Shown: positions 1-12,900 of the stretch, one piece after another
Numbering within the stretch: the first letter of the stretch is position 1
Layout: every line of letters begins with the position of its first letter
Assembly (NCBI GenBank): GCA_004431415.1
Contig: QPMI01000553.1
Span: 62,001-126,000, forward strand
Length of the DNA: 64,000 nt
Source of the DNA: Cyanophora paradoxa CCMP329
Taxonomy: Eukaryota > Plantae > Glaucophyta
Direction of reading: 5' to 3'
The notes under the pieces: generated by a model
The model's database searches: none
The model's input: the letters and a program-made list of their open reading frames with translations, nothing else
Told to the model about the DNA's origin: nothing
Program-made: the position numbers and the translations under genes

Positions 1-3000
1 GCAGCTGCGGGCGCACCGGCCTGGATGGACGAGGCGGCCGCGTGCATCCGGCGGAAGGCCCGCCGCGCGAGCCAGCCGCGGACCATCCGCTGCACCTCCG
101 TCGCCTTGTGCGCCCGCAGCATAACCCCGTACGCCCGCCGCGCCACGCGCCCGCGCAGCGCTGCCGCGCGCTCAGCGGCGGCGCCGGAAGCGAACGGGCC
201 GGCGGGGCGGGGGCACACCGGTCTGGAGGGCGACGCAGGCGGAGCGGAAGCGGCGGAACTTGAGCGCCGCCAGGGCGCCGCGGGCGGCCGCCTGGATCGC
301 GCGCGCCGCCTCCCGGGCGCGGAGGAAGCGGCTTCTCGCGAGGTACATGCGCGCGACGCGCTGGATGACGACGGCCAGCACGGACTGCTTCTCGTTCCTC
401 CTCTGCTCCAGGTGCTCCAGCTGCAAAGCGGTGTGAGGCAGGGCCGAAAGGCGGCGGAACAGGGGCTCGAGCTCCGAGCGCTTACCACGCCCTGGCGGAA
501 GAAGACCTTGCTGAGGCCGATCTGGTAGCGGTCCTTCTCGAGGGCGAGGCGCGACAGAAGCGTCGCACACGCCGCCTTGACCTCGCGTGCCGACTCCTCG
601 TTGTCCAGGCTCGGGTCGTCAAGGTGCCCGTCGCCCATAGCGGCCAGAACGCGGAACCTGCGAGGCGTTCAGGGCCGGCCGGCCGGCAGCAGGATGAAGT
701 GGGCGCGATGAGCGGCGGCACCGGTGGAGGAAGTCGACGTGGGGGAGGCGGTTCGGGAACGCGGCGCGGGAGACGCGGACGGCCTCGAGGACGCCGGAGT
801 ACGCGAGCTGCGAGGCGACGAAGCGCTGCTCGAAGACCTCGGCCGTGTTCACGGTGTTCGGCTTGATGCAGCGGATGTAGTGGAGGGCGGTCGCGCCGAT
901 GCGCTGCATGAGTGAGTTGAGCTGCTCCTTGAACTGCGAGCCGACCGTCATGTACAGGATCGACCGCTTCGTGTTGGCCACGTCCGTCGGGAACTCCGCC
1001 GCCGGGAACAGGCCCGCCACGAACTGCCACTGAAGCTGCTGCATCAGCTTGATCGTGTCCGGGTGCAGCGAGTCCTTGTTCTTCTCCAGGAAGCCCGCCG
1101 TCTCGTAGATCACCTGCCGCCCCGCGTCGGCCCCCGCCCTGGCCCCCCGCCCCCGCCCGCCCCGCGCACGTCGCCGGCGTAGTGCTTGACGGTGAACGCC
1201 GTGCTGCTCATCCGCGGCTTGTCGAAGTACCTGCGGCCGGCGCGTCGGCGTGCGGGCCCGTGCCCTACAGCGCGCGGCGCGCACCGGTTGCCCTGGTGCG
1301 TCTTCTGGACCTTGGCCGCGAAGGTGCGGTCCGACGCCTTCGGGAAGACGCACTCCTCGTCCAGCAGGCAGAAAACGCCCATCGGACGCTGCACGAGCGC
1401 GTCAGAGCGTCGAGGGAGGGCGGGGAAGGCGCCGCCAACCTTCTCGAGCATGTCCAGGCATTCCTGATTGTCCACGAACTCGATGAACTGCGCTCGGTTG
1501 TCAGGAAGAGGCCCACGCGAGATATACTTGGACCCCACGCACCGACCAGTCGATCTTCTCCCGCGTGTACTCCTCCTGCTCCGTCTTGAACACGTGCTGG
1601 TTGAACTGCTGCTGCAGCTTCTCCTGCGCCCCGCCGCCCCCAGGCCGCAGTCAACGGCGCGCCCGACCCCAACCCGCCTCGGGCCCCGGCGCACGTTCGC
1701 GAAGTTGATGCACAGCTGCTCGAAGCTGTTGACCTGTGGGCGAGGTGAGCTCGGCGGAACTCGAGCTCGCGAGGGGGGCGCCGGCGGACCTTGAACGACT
1801 CGAAGCCGAAGATGTCGAGGATGCCGATGAAGGCGACCGTCTTCTCGTCGTTCCGGATGCACTTGTTGATCCGCTGCACGAGCCACTCGAAGAGCCGCCC
1901 GTACAGCGCCTTCGCGAGCGCGTCGCGGGCCTCGACCGCCTGGTCCATCGTGTGCTCGATCGTGTACCACTCGCCGCCGGCGAAGATGCGGCGCGAGCAG
2001 AAGACTGTCGTCAGCTCCTCCTCCGTGCAGCCGAGCAGCTCCGCCACCCGCTTCAGCGCCGCGCCGTCGTCGACCACCACCGCATCCTCCTTCGCCGGGT
2101 CCGGCTTGAAGGTCACCTCGCCGAGGTTCAGCACAGCCGCCACCACCCGCAGCGCCTCCACCTGCTCCTCCTCCGTGATCCCCACCACGCCCATCGCCCG
2201 CTGCGCGAGCCGCGGGTCAGCGGCTGTTCATTCTCCGCCCGACCGGAGCCAGCGCGCACCCTCGTCTTGGCGAACTCGTCCGCTTCCGACAGGCCGAGGA
2301 TGGACACGCAGCCGCTGCCCTTCAGATAGACGAACTCGTCCGGCTTCCGCAAGTGCAGTTTGGCTGCCGCCCCGGCCGCGTCAGGACCACCGGGCGCTCG
2401 GCGCGGTCCGCGCGACGCACCGCGCTCCTCGTCCGATGCGCCGGCGCAAAGCTGGTAGAAGATGTGGTAGTTGCGCTCGCCCTGAGCCTGTGCGATGACC
2501 CGCGACTTCTCCAGCAGGTCTGCGCGGCGGCGGATCACTGGCAAACAAGAGCGAGGCCGGCGGGGCTAGCGCACAGGTCTGGATGCTCGCGCCAGCGACC
2601 TTCCAGTCTTTGTCGAACTGGATCTCGATGAACTTGCCCTGCGGCGCGCGTCAGGGCGCCAGCCGCCCTTCGGCGCGCGAGAAGGGGGCGCACGAAGCGA
2701 GAGGAGTTGTCGTTGCGGAGCGTCTTCGCGTTACCGAAAGCTGCACAGGGCACAACCGCGTCAGCATAGCTAACATAGAGCGCGTCTGCTCCAGCGCGCA
2801 CCTTCCAAAATCGGATTCGACTCCAGCACCTGCTGAGCCACGCGGTTGGGCCCCTTCCCGGAGCCTGAGATAGACGCCAGGTACTGCATGCACAGCTTCG
2901 TCGTCTCTGTCTTTCCGGCACCCGACTCGCCGCTGCGCGCCGCGCTCAGCAGCCGCCCGCACAAGAACACGGCCGCGGCGCCGCGCACCTGACGAGAATC

Positions 3001-3683
3001 GACTGGCTCTTGCGGTCTGCGGCGCATCGAGGAGGGGGCGGCGCACAAGCGTTAGCTAAGAGCGGCGGTGCGCAGGTCGCGGCAGCGGGCCGGGCCGCAC
3101 CTTTGGTCATCTGGCGGAAGGCCAGGTCCGTGTTCGCGAAGACGTGCGGCTTGCAGTCCCCGAGCTCGCGGCCGCGGTAAAGCTCGACCATGTCGTTGCC
3201 GTACAGGGGAAGCCATTTGAAGGGGTTCACGGCGATGAGGATCCGCCCAGTGAGAGTCTGCGCGAGACGTCAGACTTCTCGCTTTCGCGACGCGCGCGGC
3301 GGCGTAGGAGCGCACATAGACTTCGTTCTTCTGGAAGCGCATCTGCACGTTGTGCAGGATAGCGGGCGCGTGCAGGTAGTTGAGCGTGCACATGTCGTCC
3401 ACATCCGGCCCCTCGTTCTGTAGCGGCAGGTCCGCGGTGACCGCCGTGCGCTCCTGCCGGCGGCCCGAGCGGCGGCCGAGTGAGAAGAAAGAACCAGCGA
3501 CCGCACGACAGCGTGCGGCGCGGCACGGACCTCGCCGTTGTCGAGCTTCACCTTGCACTTGCCGCCCGCCATCACCTCGGTGATCTCCGCGACGACCCAT
3601 GCCACTTTCTCGTCCTCCACCTTCACCCAGACCTTCGTGCCGCTCTCCCTAGCGCCCTCTGACGCGCCGCTGAGCGCCGGCAT
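1..3683 (-). CDS. Myosin heavy chain A (N-terminal SH3-like, motor, IQ motifs; 3' part outside window), multi-exon
   Basis: Spliced translation gives [21 protein letters not shown]..., [26 protein letters not shown]-loop GESGAGKTE, switch I NDNSSRFGK, LLEKSRV, switch [37 protein letters not shown], then IQxxxRGxxxR repeats. Introns are GT-AG. Confidence 0.96.
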
Positions 3684-3984
3684 CGCGGCTCCGAGCTACG
3701 CGACGCCCCGCAATCGGAGAGCTTCAAGAAGCGGCCGGAGAACTCGGATGCTCCGATGGCGGCCGCGGAACGGACGCGGGGCGCCGGTTACGTCGACAGT
3801 TCGAACCGAAGAAAAAGCCCCGGCTCGAATCCGTGGAGTCCACCATTTGCGGCTCAGGCAGCCCGCGGCAGCCCAGCGCGCCGGCCACCGGGGAGATCGG
3901 CATCGGTCGAACCGGAAGATGGGTGTCGATTTGAATCAGCGTGTGGCGTGAGGGCGCTGTTCATAGGCGCTTCGTGTGGCGCCG

Positions 3985-6900
3985 ATGGCCGCGACGCACG
4001 GCTTCGTCGTCGAGAGCGCCGAGTCGTGGAAGTGAGTTTGAAGCGTCTCGCCTCGCTTGGCGCGGTCGGCGCTGAGTGGGGGCGGTCGTCCTTACGTTCG
4101 CAGGGACCTCGGTGCGGTCATCCTTACGAAGAAGCTGTGGCATGAGGTGCTGCAGGACAGGTCGGAGAAGGTGCTTGCGGCCCGCTCGCGCAACCCGGCC
4201 GCCTTTCCCATGCCGGCCCGCAGGAGCGCACCGCCCACCTCAACGAGATTCTGCCGCTGTTCGAGCTCCTCATCGAGGCCCATGAACCAAGCGCTCGTCC
4301 CACGCAAGCGCTCAAGTGCGGGCCGAATCGCCGCCGCCCCCCGCCCGGCCTGACCCGCCCCTCAGGCTCGTCGACGGGCGCGTGTTCGGGAACCACGCCT
4401 CGCGGCAGCTCTCCGCGGCGCTCTCGCGCGCCGTCGGCAAGGAAGCGAACCGCAGCGTGTCGAGCGTGACCGTGCTGGGCGTGCTGGTCGTCCGCGGCGG
4501 GAAGGAGTACGGCGCCGAGAGCTTCTTCGCCGTCGATGTGCTCTCCGCTCTGGTGCGCCAGCACGCGCACGAGCGCTCGGCCGCGGCCCGCGCCGACGAG
4601 GCTCGGGCGGCGGCTCGCAGCCGCAGGCGGTGGTGGGGCTCGTGGAGGGCGGCCTGCCGACGACCCTCGCAAACGTCCTCTTCGTCCTCGCGGACCTCCC
4701 CGCCGAGGCGCGCGCGCCGCCCCGCGAGGCGGCCGGCGAGGCCGAGCGGCCCGAGGAGTGGATCTCGCGCGCCGCCGGCGTCCTCTGCCGCGTCGTCCGC
4801 GAGGGGCACGGCGCGCTGGAGGGGATGGTCAAGAGCGACGCACTCGGCGCGCTCCTCAAGGGCGCCCTCTCCAGCTCCCCCGCCGCCAACCCCGCCGCCC
4901 GCTATGCGTGCGCCCCGCCGCCCGCCGCCCGCCGCCCGCCGCCCGCCGGCGCCTCACGCCGCCGCGCCGCGCCGCGCCCCGTCCCGCCCGCAGATCGCTT
5001 CGCGTGCTGGAGGCCGTCGGGGCGGCCGGCGGGGCGGACGGGCGGGCGGCGGCGCAGTACATGCACCGGCGGGGCGCGCTGGGGTCCCTCCTGAAGCGCC
5101 TGAAGGAGTGCGGGCCGGCGGGGGGCCCCGCCGGCCTCCTCCTCGCGCCCCGCCTCGTGGCGGCGGTGGCGGCGCTGCTGCGGGGCGCCTGCGCGGCGGG
5201 CCTCGGGGCGGAGGCGGCCGGGGAGCTGCGGGCGGCGGAGGCGTACAAGGCGCTGGGCGAGCTGGTGGCGGGGGCTGCGGGGGCCGAGGGCGGGCGTGCC
5301 GTGGCCGAGGAGCTGGTGGAGGGCGTCGCCGACCTCGTCTTCGCGGGACCCGACCCGCCCCCGCCCCGGGCGCCCCGCCCCCTCCCCGCGCCGCCTCCGC
5401 AACCCCGCCGCCTTCCAGGTCCCCCGGCCGGCCCCGCGCCTCCGCCCCGCCCCGGCCGACGCGGGGCGCGCAGCTCCTGCAGGACATCTTCATGGGGAGC
5501 TCCCACCAGTGGCTCTGCCGCAAGGCCCGCCCCGCCCCGCCCCGCCCGCCGCTCGCCGCCCCGCAGCCTCCGATGCCCGCGCAGGTGCTGGAGGCGGTCT
5601 TCTCGGTGCTCTCGGGGGAGATCGGCAACTTCGCGGCCGTGCGGGAGCTCCACACCCTCGCCCACTTCCTCGAGCGCCTCGACTCGCTCGACGCCCCCCT
5701 CCAGGCCCGCCCTCCGTACCCCTCCGCGCCCCGCGCCACGCGCCCCGCCGGCCTCACGCCTCACGCCGGCGCAGGAGTCGCTGCTGAAGCTGATGGAGTA
5801 CGTGGTGATGGTGGCGGGCCACGTCCCCTTTAACGAGCTCTGCTTCCTCTCCCGCGTCCTCGACCGTGCGCCCGCCCCCGCCCCCGCCTCCCGCGGCCTT
5901 CCCGTCGATCCCGAAGCTCTGACCCGCGCCGCTGCTCCGCAGAGGGCGTGGCGCCGGGGACGGCGGAGGCGGTGCTGCGCGGGGCGGTCAAGCTGACCTC
6001 GTTCGACGGCAAGTTCCGGGACGTCCTGCGCGACGCCGGCCTGGTCGACGTGCTGGCCCACGCGACGGCCGCCCTCGCGCGCCCCGGCGCCGGCGCCCCG
6101 CCGAGCGGCGCGCCTGGGCGCTCGCCGCGCCCGCCAGCGCCCTGCGCGCCCTCTTCGAGTGCCTCGCGGAGCTCCTGCACGGCTCCCCGCAGAACGTCGC
6201 CATCTTCCGCGCCGCGTCCGCCCCCCGCTCCGGCGTCTTCGCTGTCGGCTTCTGACGCCGGCGCAGGGGCGGCCCCGGCATGCTGCTCGCGCTGCTGGCG
6301 GCCTCGGCGACGGGGCGGGGCCGGCGGGGCGGGCGAGGAGCCCGAGGCGGCGCGGGAGCGGCGGGCGGCGCTGCGGGCCGGCTCGCTGCAGGCGCTGCAC
6401 GAGGTGGTGGCGGCGGGGCCGGCCCCGGGCGGGCCCGGGCCAGGGGAGGGCGACCTGGCTGGGCTGCTGGACGTGCTCCAGACGGCGGGGGGGCGGGACC
6501 TGGGCCTCCTGCGGGACGCCCTGCACGCCCTCCGCCGCTTCTTCGGCGCCTGCCCCTCCACCCGCGACCGCTTCCGCGAGGCAGGCGGCTTCCTCTGCTT
6601 CGTCCAGCTCCTCGCCGCCCTCCAGCCCGCCCCGGAGGCCCCCGCCCCCGCCCCGGCGCGGCCCGGCGAGGCCGGCCCCGAGGACGGCGAGCGCCTCGCC
6701 GTCGCCGACGCGCTCTTCCGGGCGCTGACGGCGGCGCTGGCGGGGAGCGCCGCCAACCGGCGGGCCTTCGCGGAGCAGGTCGGCTGGCGCCGCCTCGGCG
6801 AGCTCCTGAGGCTCGCCGGCCTCGACGCGGCGACCGTGGGCGGCGAGCCGCCCTCCGCGACTGGCTCCTGAACCTCGCGCTCGAGCGCGCCCCGGCCCGC

Positions 6901-9900
6901 CCCTCGACCTTGCCCTGCTCGCCCCGACGGGGCGCGCCCGCCGAGCCCGCCGCCCTCGCCTCGGCGCCCTCCTCGGAGTTCCGGCTCCCCGCGCTGGCGC
7001 CGGCGCCATCGCGGCGGCCCTCGGGCGCCGAGGCCGGCGACGGGCGGAGGACGGGGAGCGCTCCTCGGCGTGGGGCGAGGCCGGGGAGGCCGAGGAGGCG
7101 GGCCCCGGCCTCGTGCGCAACCCGGAGGCCCTCTCGACGCTGCTGGAGGTGCTGGCGCCCGTGGCGGCCCCGGGGCGCTGCGGGAGACGCTGGAGCGGCT
7201 GCTGGCGCTCGCGCGGGCCTCCCCTGGAACCGGGAGGCCCTCGCCTCGGCCGGCGTGGCGGGGCTGCTGCTGGACGGCCTCGCGCGGCGCTCGGGCGAGC
7301 TCGAGCCGGCGCTGCGCGAGGCTCTCGTCGAGCTCGTCGCCGCCGTCGCCGCCCACCGCCTCGCCCGCCTCGAGACCCGCTCCGCCCTCCGCCTCCTCCG
7401 CCCGGGGCGCGCCCCGCCGGGCCCCCCCGAGCTCCCGCGGGCCCTCCTCGGGGCGGCCCTGGCCGGGCGAACGGTCGCCTGCCTCCACTTCACCTCGGCC
7501 GGCGCGGGGTACGCCGCCGTCCGCGTCCCGGGCCTCGGGGACCGCTCGTGGCCGCCCGCCAACGGCTTCACGTTTGCCGCGTGGGTCCGCATCGACCGGT
7601 ACCCCTCCCGCGCGTCGGCCCCCGTGCACCTCTTCGGGGTCGCCTCGTCGGACGGGCGCTCGGTGCTGCGCTGCCTGATCCGCGAGGGCGCGGTGCACGT
7701 GGTGACGGGCGCGCGGGCGGCGGCGCGCTTCGAGGCGGCGCTGGTGCCGGGGCGCTGGCACCACGTCGCCGTCTCCCACGCCCGCCACCGCATCGCCGCC
7801 TCCCTCGCCTCCCTCTACCTCGACGGCCTCCCCGTCGACGCCGCCAAGCTCCCGTACCCCTCCTCCGCCCCGGGCGCCGCCGTCGCCGCGTACCTCGGGC
7901 AGCCGCGCGAGCTCCGGCGGGTCTCGGACGCTGCCTGGTCCATGGGCCCCGCCTACGCCCTCGAGGAGGCGGCCGCCCCCGCCGCCCTCTTCGCCCTCTA
8001 CGCCCTCGGCCCCTCCTTCGCCGGCCTCTTCCCCGCCCCCGGCGGCCCCGGCGCCGATACGGCCCAGTTCCTCTCCCTCGAGCCGGCCCTGCTATACCGC
8101 GGCGCCCTCGCCGAGTCGCCCCCCGTCCTCTCCTTCCTGGAGGCCGGCGGCTCGCCGGGCCCGGGCGGGGGCGCCGGCCCCGCCCCCGAGCTGGACCTGC
8201 CGCCCCTCGCTCTCCACCCGCTGCCCCACGAGCGCCTTCTCTTCGCGTACTGGGCCGGCCGCCTCGACGGCGCCCGCCCCGCCCCGCGCCTCCCCAACCT
8301 GGCCTCCCTCGCCGACCCAGCGACGGGCGCGGCGCCCGAGGGGGCCGGGGCGCCGCTGGGCGAGCTGGAGGGCGAGGCGGCGGTGCTGGAGCAGCAAGCG
8401 CTGCCGGACGCGCTGCGGGCCGTCGGCGGCGTCGTCGTGCCGCTCGCGCTCGTGGCGGCGGCGCGGGCCCCCGAGGAGCTGGCGCAGGCGCTCGCGCTGC
8501 TGCGGGCGTGCCTGCGGGGCAACCCCAAGAACCAGGACGACTTCGCGCGGGGCCACGGCGTCGACGTCCTCGCCCGGCTCCTCGCGGAGCGCGCGGGCCT
8601 GCTCTCCCACGCCGCCCTCCTCGAGCTCCTTCGCCTCGTTGGGCTCCTCCCGACCGCGCTGGGGCCGGCCGGCGAGCCCGTCCCGGGCGCCGTGCTCGAC
8701 CACGTGGCCTGCCGGCGGCTCCTGCTCGAGTACGACCTCTGGCGGGCCGCCCCGCTGCCCCTTCAGCACGCCCTCTGGCGCCCCCTCCTCGCCGCCATCG
8801 CCCCCGAGGTCCCCGCGCTCCCGCTGCCCCCGGCCGAGGGCCCCGCCCGCCCGCCCGCCCGAGGGCGCGGCCGCGGCCGACGGCGTCGGCGCGGCGTGGG
8901 CGGCCGTGCGCCGCTTCAACGTGCGGCGGCTGCGGCGCTCGGCGGCGTGCGGCACCTGCTGGACGTTGTGCGGGACGAGGGCACCCCCCGGAGGTCGCCC
9001 CGCCGCCGCCGCCGCCCTCGCCGCGCTCCTGCCGGAGCCGCTTTCGCTTCCCGACCTGCGCGAGCTCGCCGACGCGATCACGGCCGCCCTCGCCCGGAGC
9101 CCGAGGCCGGGCCGCCGTCCCGCCGGCCCCTCCGCCGCCGCCTGCCCCGCTCCCACCGCCGCCGCCGCCCGGCCCGGAGGCCGCCGCTCCTGCGCAGGCG
9201 TCCGGCACCCGCTCCCGCTCGGCCCGCCGGCCGCGCCCGCCGCCTCGGCGGCGGCGACAGCGACGGCGCCGGCGCCGGCGCCGGCGCACGCGGCGCGGGT
9301 GCGGGAGGGCCTCCTCGACGTCGTCCTCACGCTCCTCTTCCGCTGCGTGGCCGCCGGCGACCGCGACGCGCTCCACTCCTTCCACCGCGCCTTCCCCTTC
9401 CCCTGGCTCCTCCAGCTCGTCTCCCCCGCCCAGGGCCCCGCCACCGCCGCCCTCGCCCTCCGCCTCCTAGGAGCCTACCTCCTGGGCCGCCCCGCCTACG
9501 GCGCCAAGTTCCGAGAGGCCGGCGGCTTCGCCCACCTGGAGGCGGTCCTCCCGTCCGCCTTCGCTGCGCGGGCCGACCTTGCGTACCTCCTCCTCTGCTC
9601 GGCCCTGGGGCGCGCCCCGGCCTCCGGGCCCGTCCGCCTCCGGCACCTCTCCGAGCTCTCCCCGGGCGCCGGGCCCGACGCCAGGGTGCGTACCCCCGCT
9701 CCTCCTCCTCCCCTCCCCTTCCCTGCGCTGACGCCCTTCTCAGGTACCCTTCCCCGAGTTCCTCCCCGTCGTCCTTCGCATGCTGCGCGCCCTGGCGCGG
9801 GGGCGCCCCTCCTCCGATCCACTGGAGGAGGGGGAGGGGGAGGGGGCCGGCCTGGAGGAAGGGCAGCGCCTCGCCGAGTCGCTGCGCCCTGCGGAGGCCG

Positions 9901-12900
9901 AGGTCGCCGTGCTCCGCATGCTGGCGCGGCTCGTGCGGGCGGCGCCGGCCCTGCAGGAGGCGCTCCGGGCCCGCGCCGACACGCTCCCTCTCCTCGTGGA
10001 CGCGCTCTTCGTCGCCCCGGCCCCGCCGCCCCCGCTGGAGGCCCCGGGCCCCTCCGCCGCCCCCGCGCTCGTCGTGTCGCCCAGCACGCCGGCCAAGCCC
10101 CCGCCCCCGCCCCGCTCGCCGCCGCCGCCACCGCCGCCGCCGCCCCCGCCGCCGCGGGACCGTTCTCGCCCGGGTACGCCGACGCCGGGCCTGGGGCTGG
10201 ACCTGGAGCCCTCCTTTGCCGTCCGCTCCCCGAGCCTGGAGACGCTGTCGCTTGCGCTGGCCTCTGGGGCGCCCTCCGCACCGGCCGTGAGCCCGCGGGG
10301 CAAGCCGGCGTCGCCCACGCCCTCGGCAGGCGGGAGCTCCCTGGGGCGCGCCATCGGGGGCCGCCTCCTCGCCGCCCTCGGCCTCCGCTCCCGCCCGCAG
10401 GACGCGGCCCGCGTGGCTGCCGCCGCCGCGGCGCCGGATGAGGATGGCGGGGCCGACGAGGACCCGGCGGCGCCGGCCTGGTCCTGGGCGCCCGGCGGGC
10501 CGGGCCCGGGCTCGGCCTCGGGCTCCGGCTCCGGCTCGGGTTCCGCCCCGGGCGGCGGCGCGGCGGCGGCAGCGCTGGTGTACGATCTGATACACGCGGC
10601 GTTCGCGCCGGCGTTTGTGTCGGGCAACCGCGCCGCGGGGGCCCTCGAGGCGGCGCTGGAGGCGACGCCCCTCTGGGCCCCCTCGCACCAGCTCCGCGCC
10701 TTCTGCTGGCGCCTCGTCGCGCCCCTCTGCGCCTTCCTCGCGGGCGCGCCGGCGGCCGAGGGGAAGGAGGCGGCGCCCGGTGCGGCGACGCGGGAGGCGC
10801 TGGAGGGGAACGTTCGCCTCGCGACGAACGTGGAGCGCTTCTGCGGCCTCCTCTCCGAGTGGTCCTACGCCGGCCTGCTCCCGCGCCCCGCCGCGCGGGG
10901 CCTGCTCTCCTTCCTCGCCGCACTCCTCCGCCGCCTCGGCACGCCCGCCGCCCCCGCCGCCGGCCGCCTCGCCCAGCTCTCGGCCGCCCTCCACCGCGCC
11001 ATGAACGCCCTCCTCCTCTTCCTCTTCTGGGAGGCGGGCGGCGTCGCGGCGCTCGCGGCGCCCAGCTTCAAGGGCGCATCCTCCTCCAAGCTGGAGGCCG
11101 CGCTGGAGGACCTCGTCGAGCACAGCGGGGTGCGGGGCGCCTCGCTTTGCTCGCTTCCTCCGCGCGCTCTAGAAAGGAAGAAGCAAGGGAAGAAGCTCCA
11201 AGCCCGCTTCCTCCGCGCGCTCTAGAAAGGAAGAAGCAAGGGAAGAAGCTCCAAGCCCGCTTCCTCCGCGCGCTAGAAAGAAGAAGCTTCGATTCGCTCC
11301 ATTCCTAAGAGCTCTGCTTCCCTTCCTAGCTTCCCCAACGCCCCTCTTCCCCGCAGGTGATCTTCGGGGCGAGCAACGAGGACGCGGAGTTCTTCGGGCG
11401 GCTCCTCTTCCACCTCTACGCCATCCTCGTCGCCAGCCCCGACCGCGCCCTCCAGGTGCCCCGTCCCGCCCAAGATTGGGGCTGGCGAGACGAAAGATAA
11501 GATGGGTTGTAGGAACCCTAGCTCTAGCTTGAGCTAAAGATTGGGGCTGGCGAGACGATAAGGCGATAGGATGATAGGATGATAGGATGAGGGGGTGGCG
11601 GGCTTCGCTTAGCTCCTGCTTGAGCTAAAGCCTAAGCCCCGACCGCCCCCTCCAGGCCCCTGCCCCGCTTCCCCCCGCCCCAAACGAACGAACGAACCCT
11701 AGAGCTTGCTAGGCCGAGGATAGGGTGAAAATTGGCTGAGAACTGGCTCGCCGAGACTCGAGACTCGCTCGAGACCCTCCGCCCCGCCCCGCTCGGCGCC
11801 GCTGACGGCTGACGGCACAGGAGCTGGCGTCGCTGCTGGTGAAGATGATGCTGGTGGAGAAGCCGGCGACGGCCGCCGAGCTCCTCGCGCCCCCGCGGGG
11901 GGGCCCCTCGGGGGCCCGTGGGGAGCCCTCCGACCTGCTCCACGGCGGTTCGCGGCCTTTCTCCCAGAAAGAAAGAGAGAAAGAGGAGGGAGATCAAGCT
12001 TAAGTTCCGTCCCCTGGCCTTGCTCCTCTGAGAAGGGTTCCCCGCAGGATTCGACCTGCTCGTCGAGTCGGACATCGACCGCTTCGCCGCGGTCCGCCCC
12101 CCGCCGCTCATGTGAGCTCAGCTCCGCTCCGCCTCACGTGAGGGCAGTGGGTGGAGAGCAACGAGGAGCGGGTGAACCGGGTCGTGGGCGAGGTCCTCGC
12201 CAAGTCCTGGGAGGGCCTTGAGCGCTCCGCCGCCGCCGGCCGCCGCGACGCCCTCGACCGCCTCTCCGCCCGCCGCCAGGCCCGCCTCGCCAAGCGCGAC
12301 AAGGCCGCCGCCGAGGAGCAGCGCGCCCACGCCGCCCGTCTCGCTGACCTCCGCGCCCGCGCCGAGGCGACGCTCCGCGCCGAGCGGGAGGCCTACCGCA
12401 AGCGGCGGCAGGCCCGCGCCGACCGCTCCGAGTTCGCGGCGCGCACGTGGCGCCGCTGGGTGCGCGTGCTCTACCGAGAGAGGGCCCTCTGGGGGCCCTC
12501 CGGCCCCGCCCTCTCCTTCTTCGACCCCCAGGAGGCCTGGGTCGCCGCCCCGGTCCGCCTACGCCCACGCCTCTTCTTCCTCCTTGAAGCTTGCTCACCT
12601 GCTTTTTCGGCGCAGCCGGAGGAGGGCTGGGAGCGGGAGGACGGGGAAGGGTGGCAGCTGGACCCCACGGAGGGGCCCCTCCGCATGCGCCGAAAGCTCA
12701 TGCGCGCCCGAGCCCGCCGGCGGCCCCCCGCCTCGCCGGCCGGGCCCGGCCCGGGCGAGCCAAAGGCCGCCGCGGACTCGCGGAGCGCCGCCAGCGGCGG
12801 CTTCGTCCTGCGCGACGCGCTCGTGTCCCCACGCGGGCCGCCCGCCCGCCCGCCCCGCCGCCTCCGGCCCCGCCGCCCCGCCGCGGCCGGCGAGCCCCGA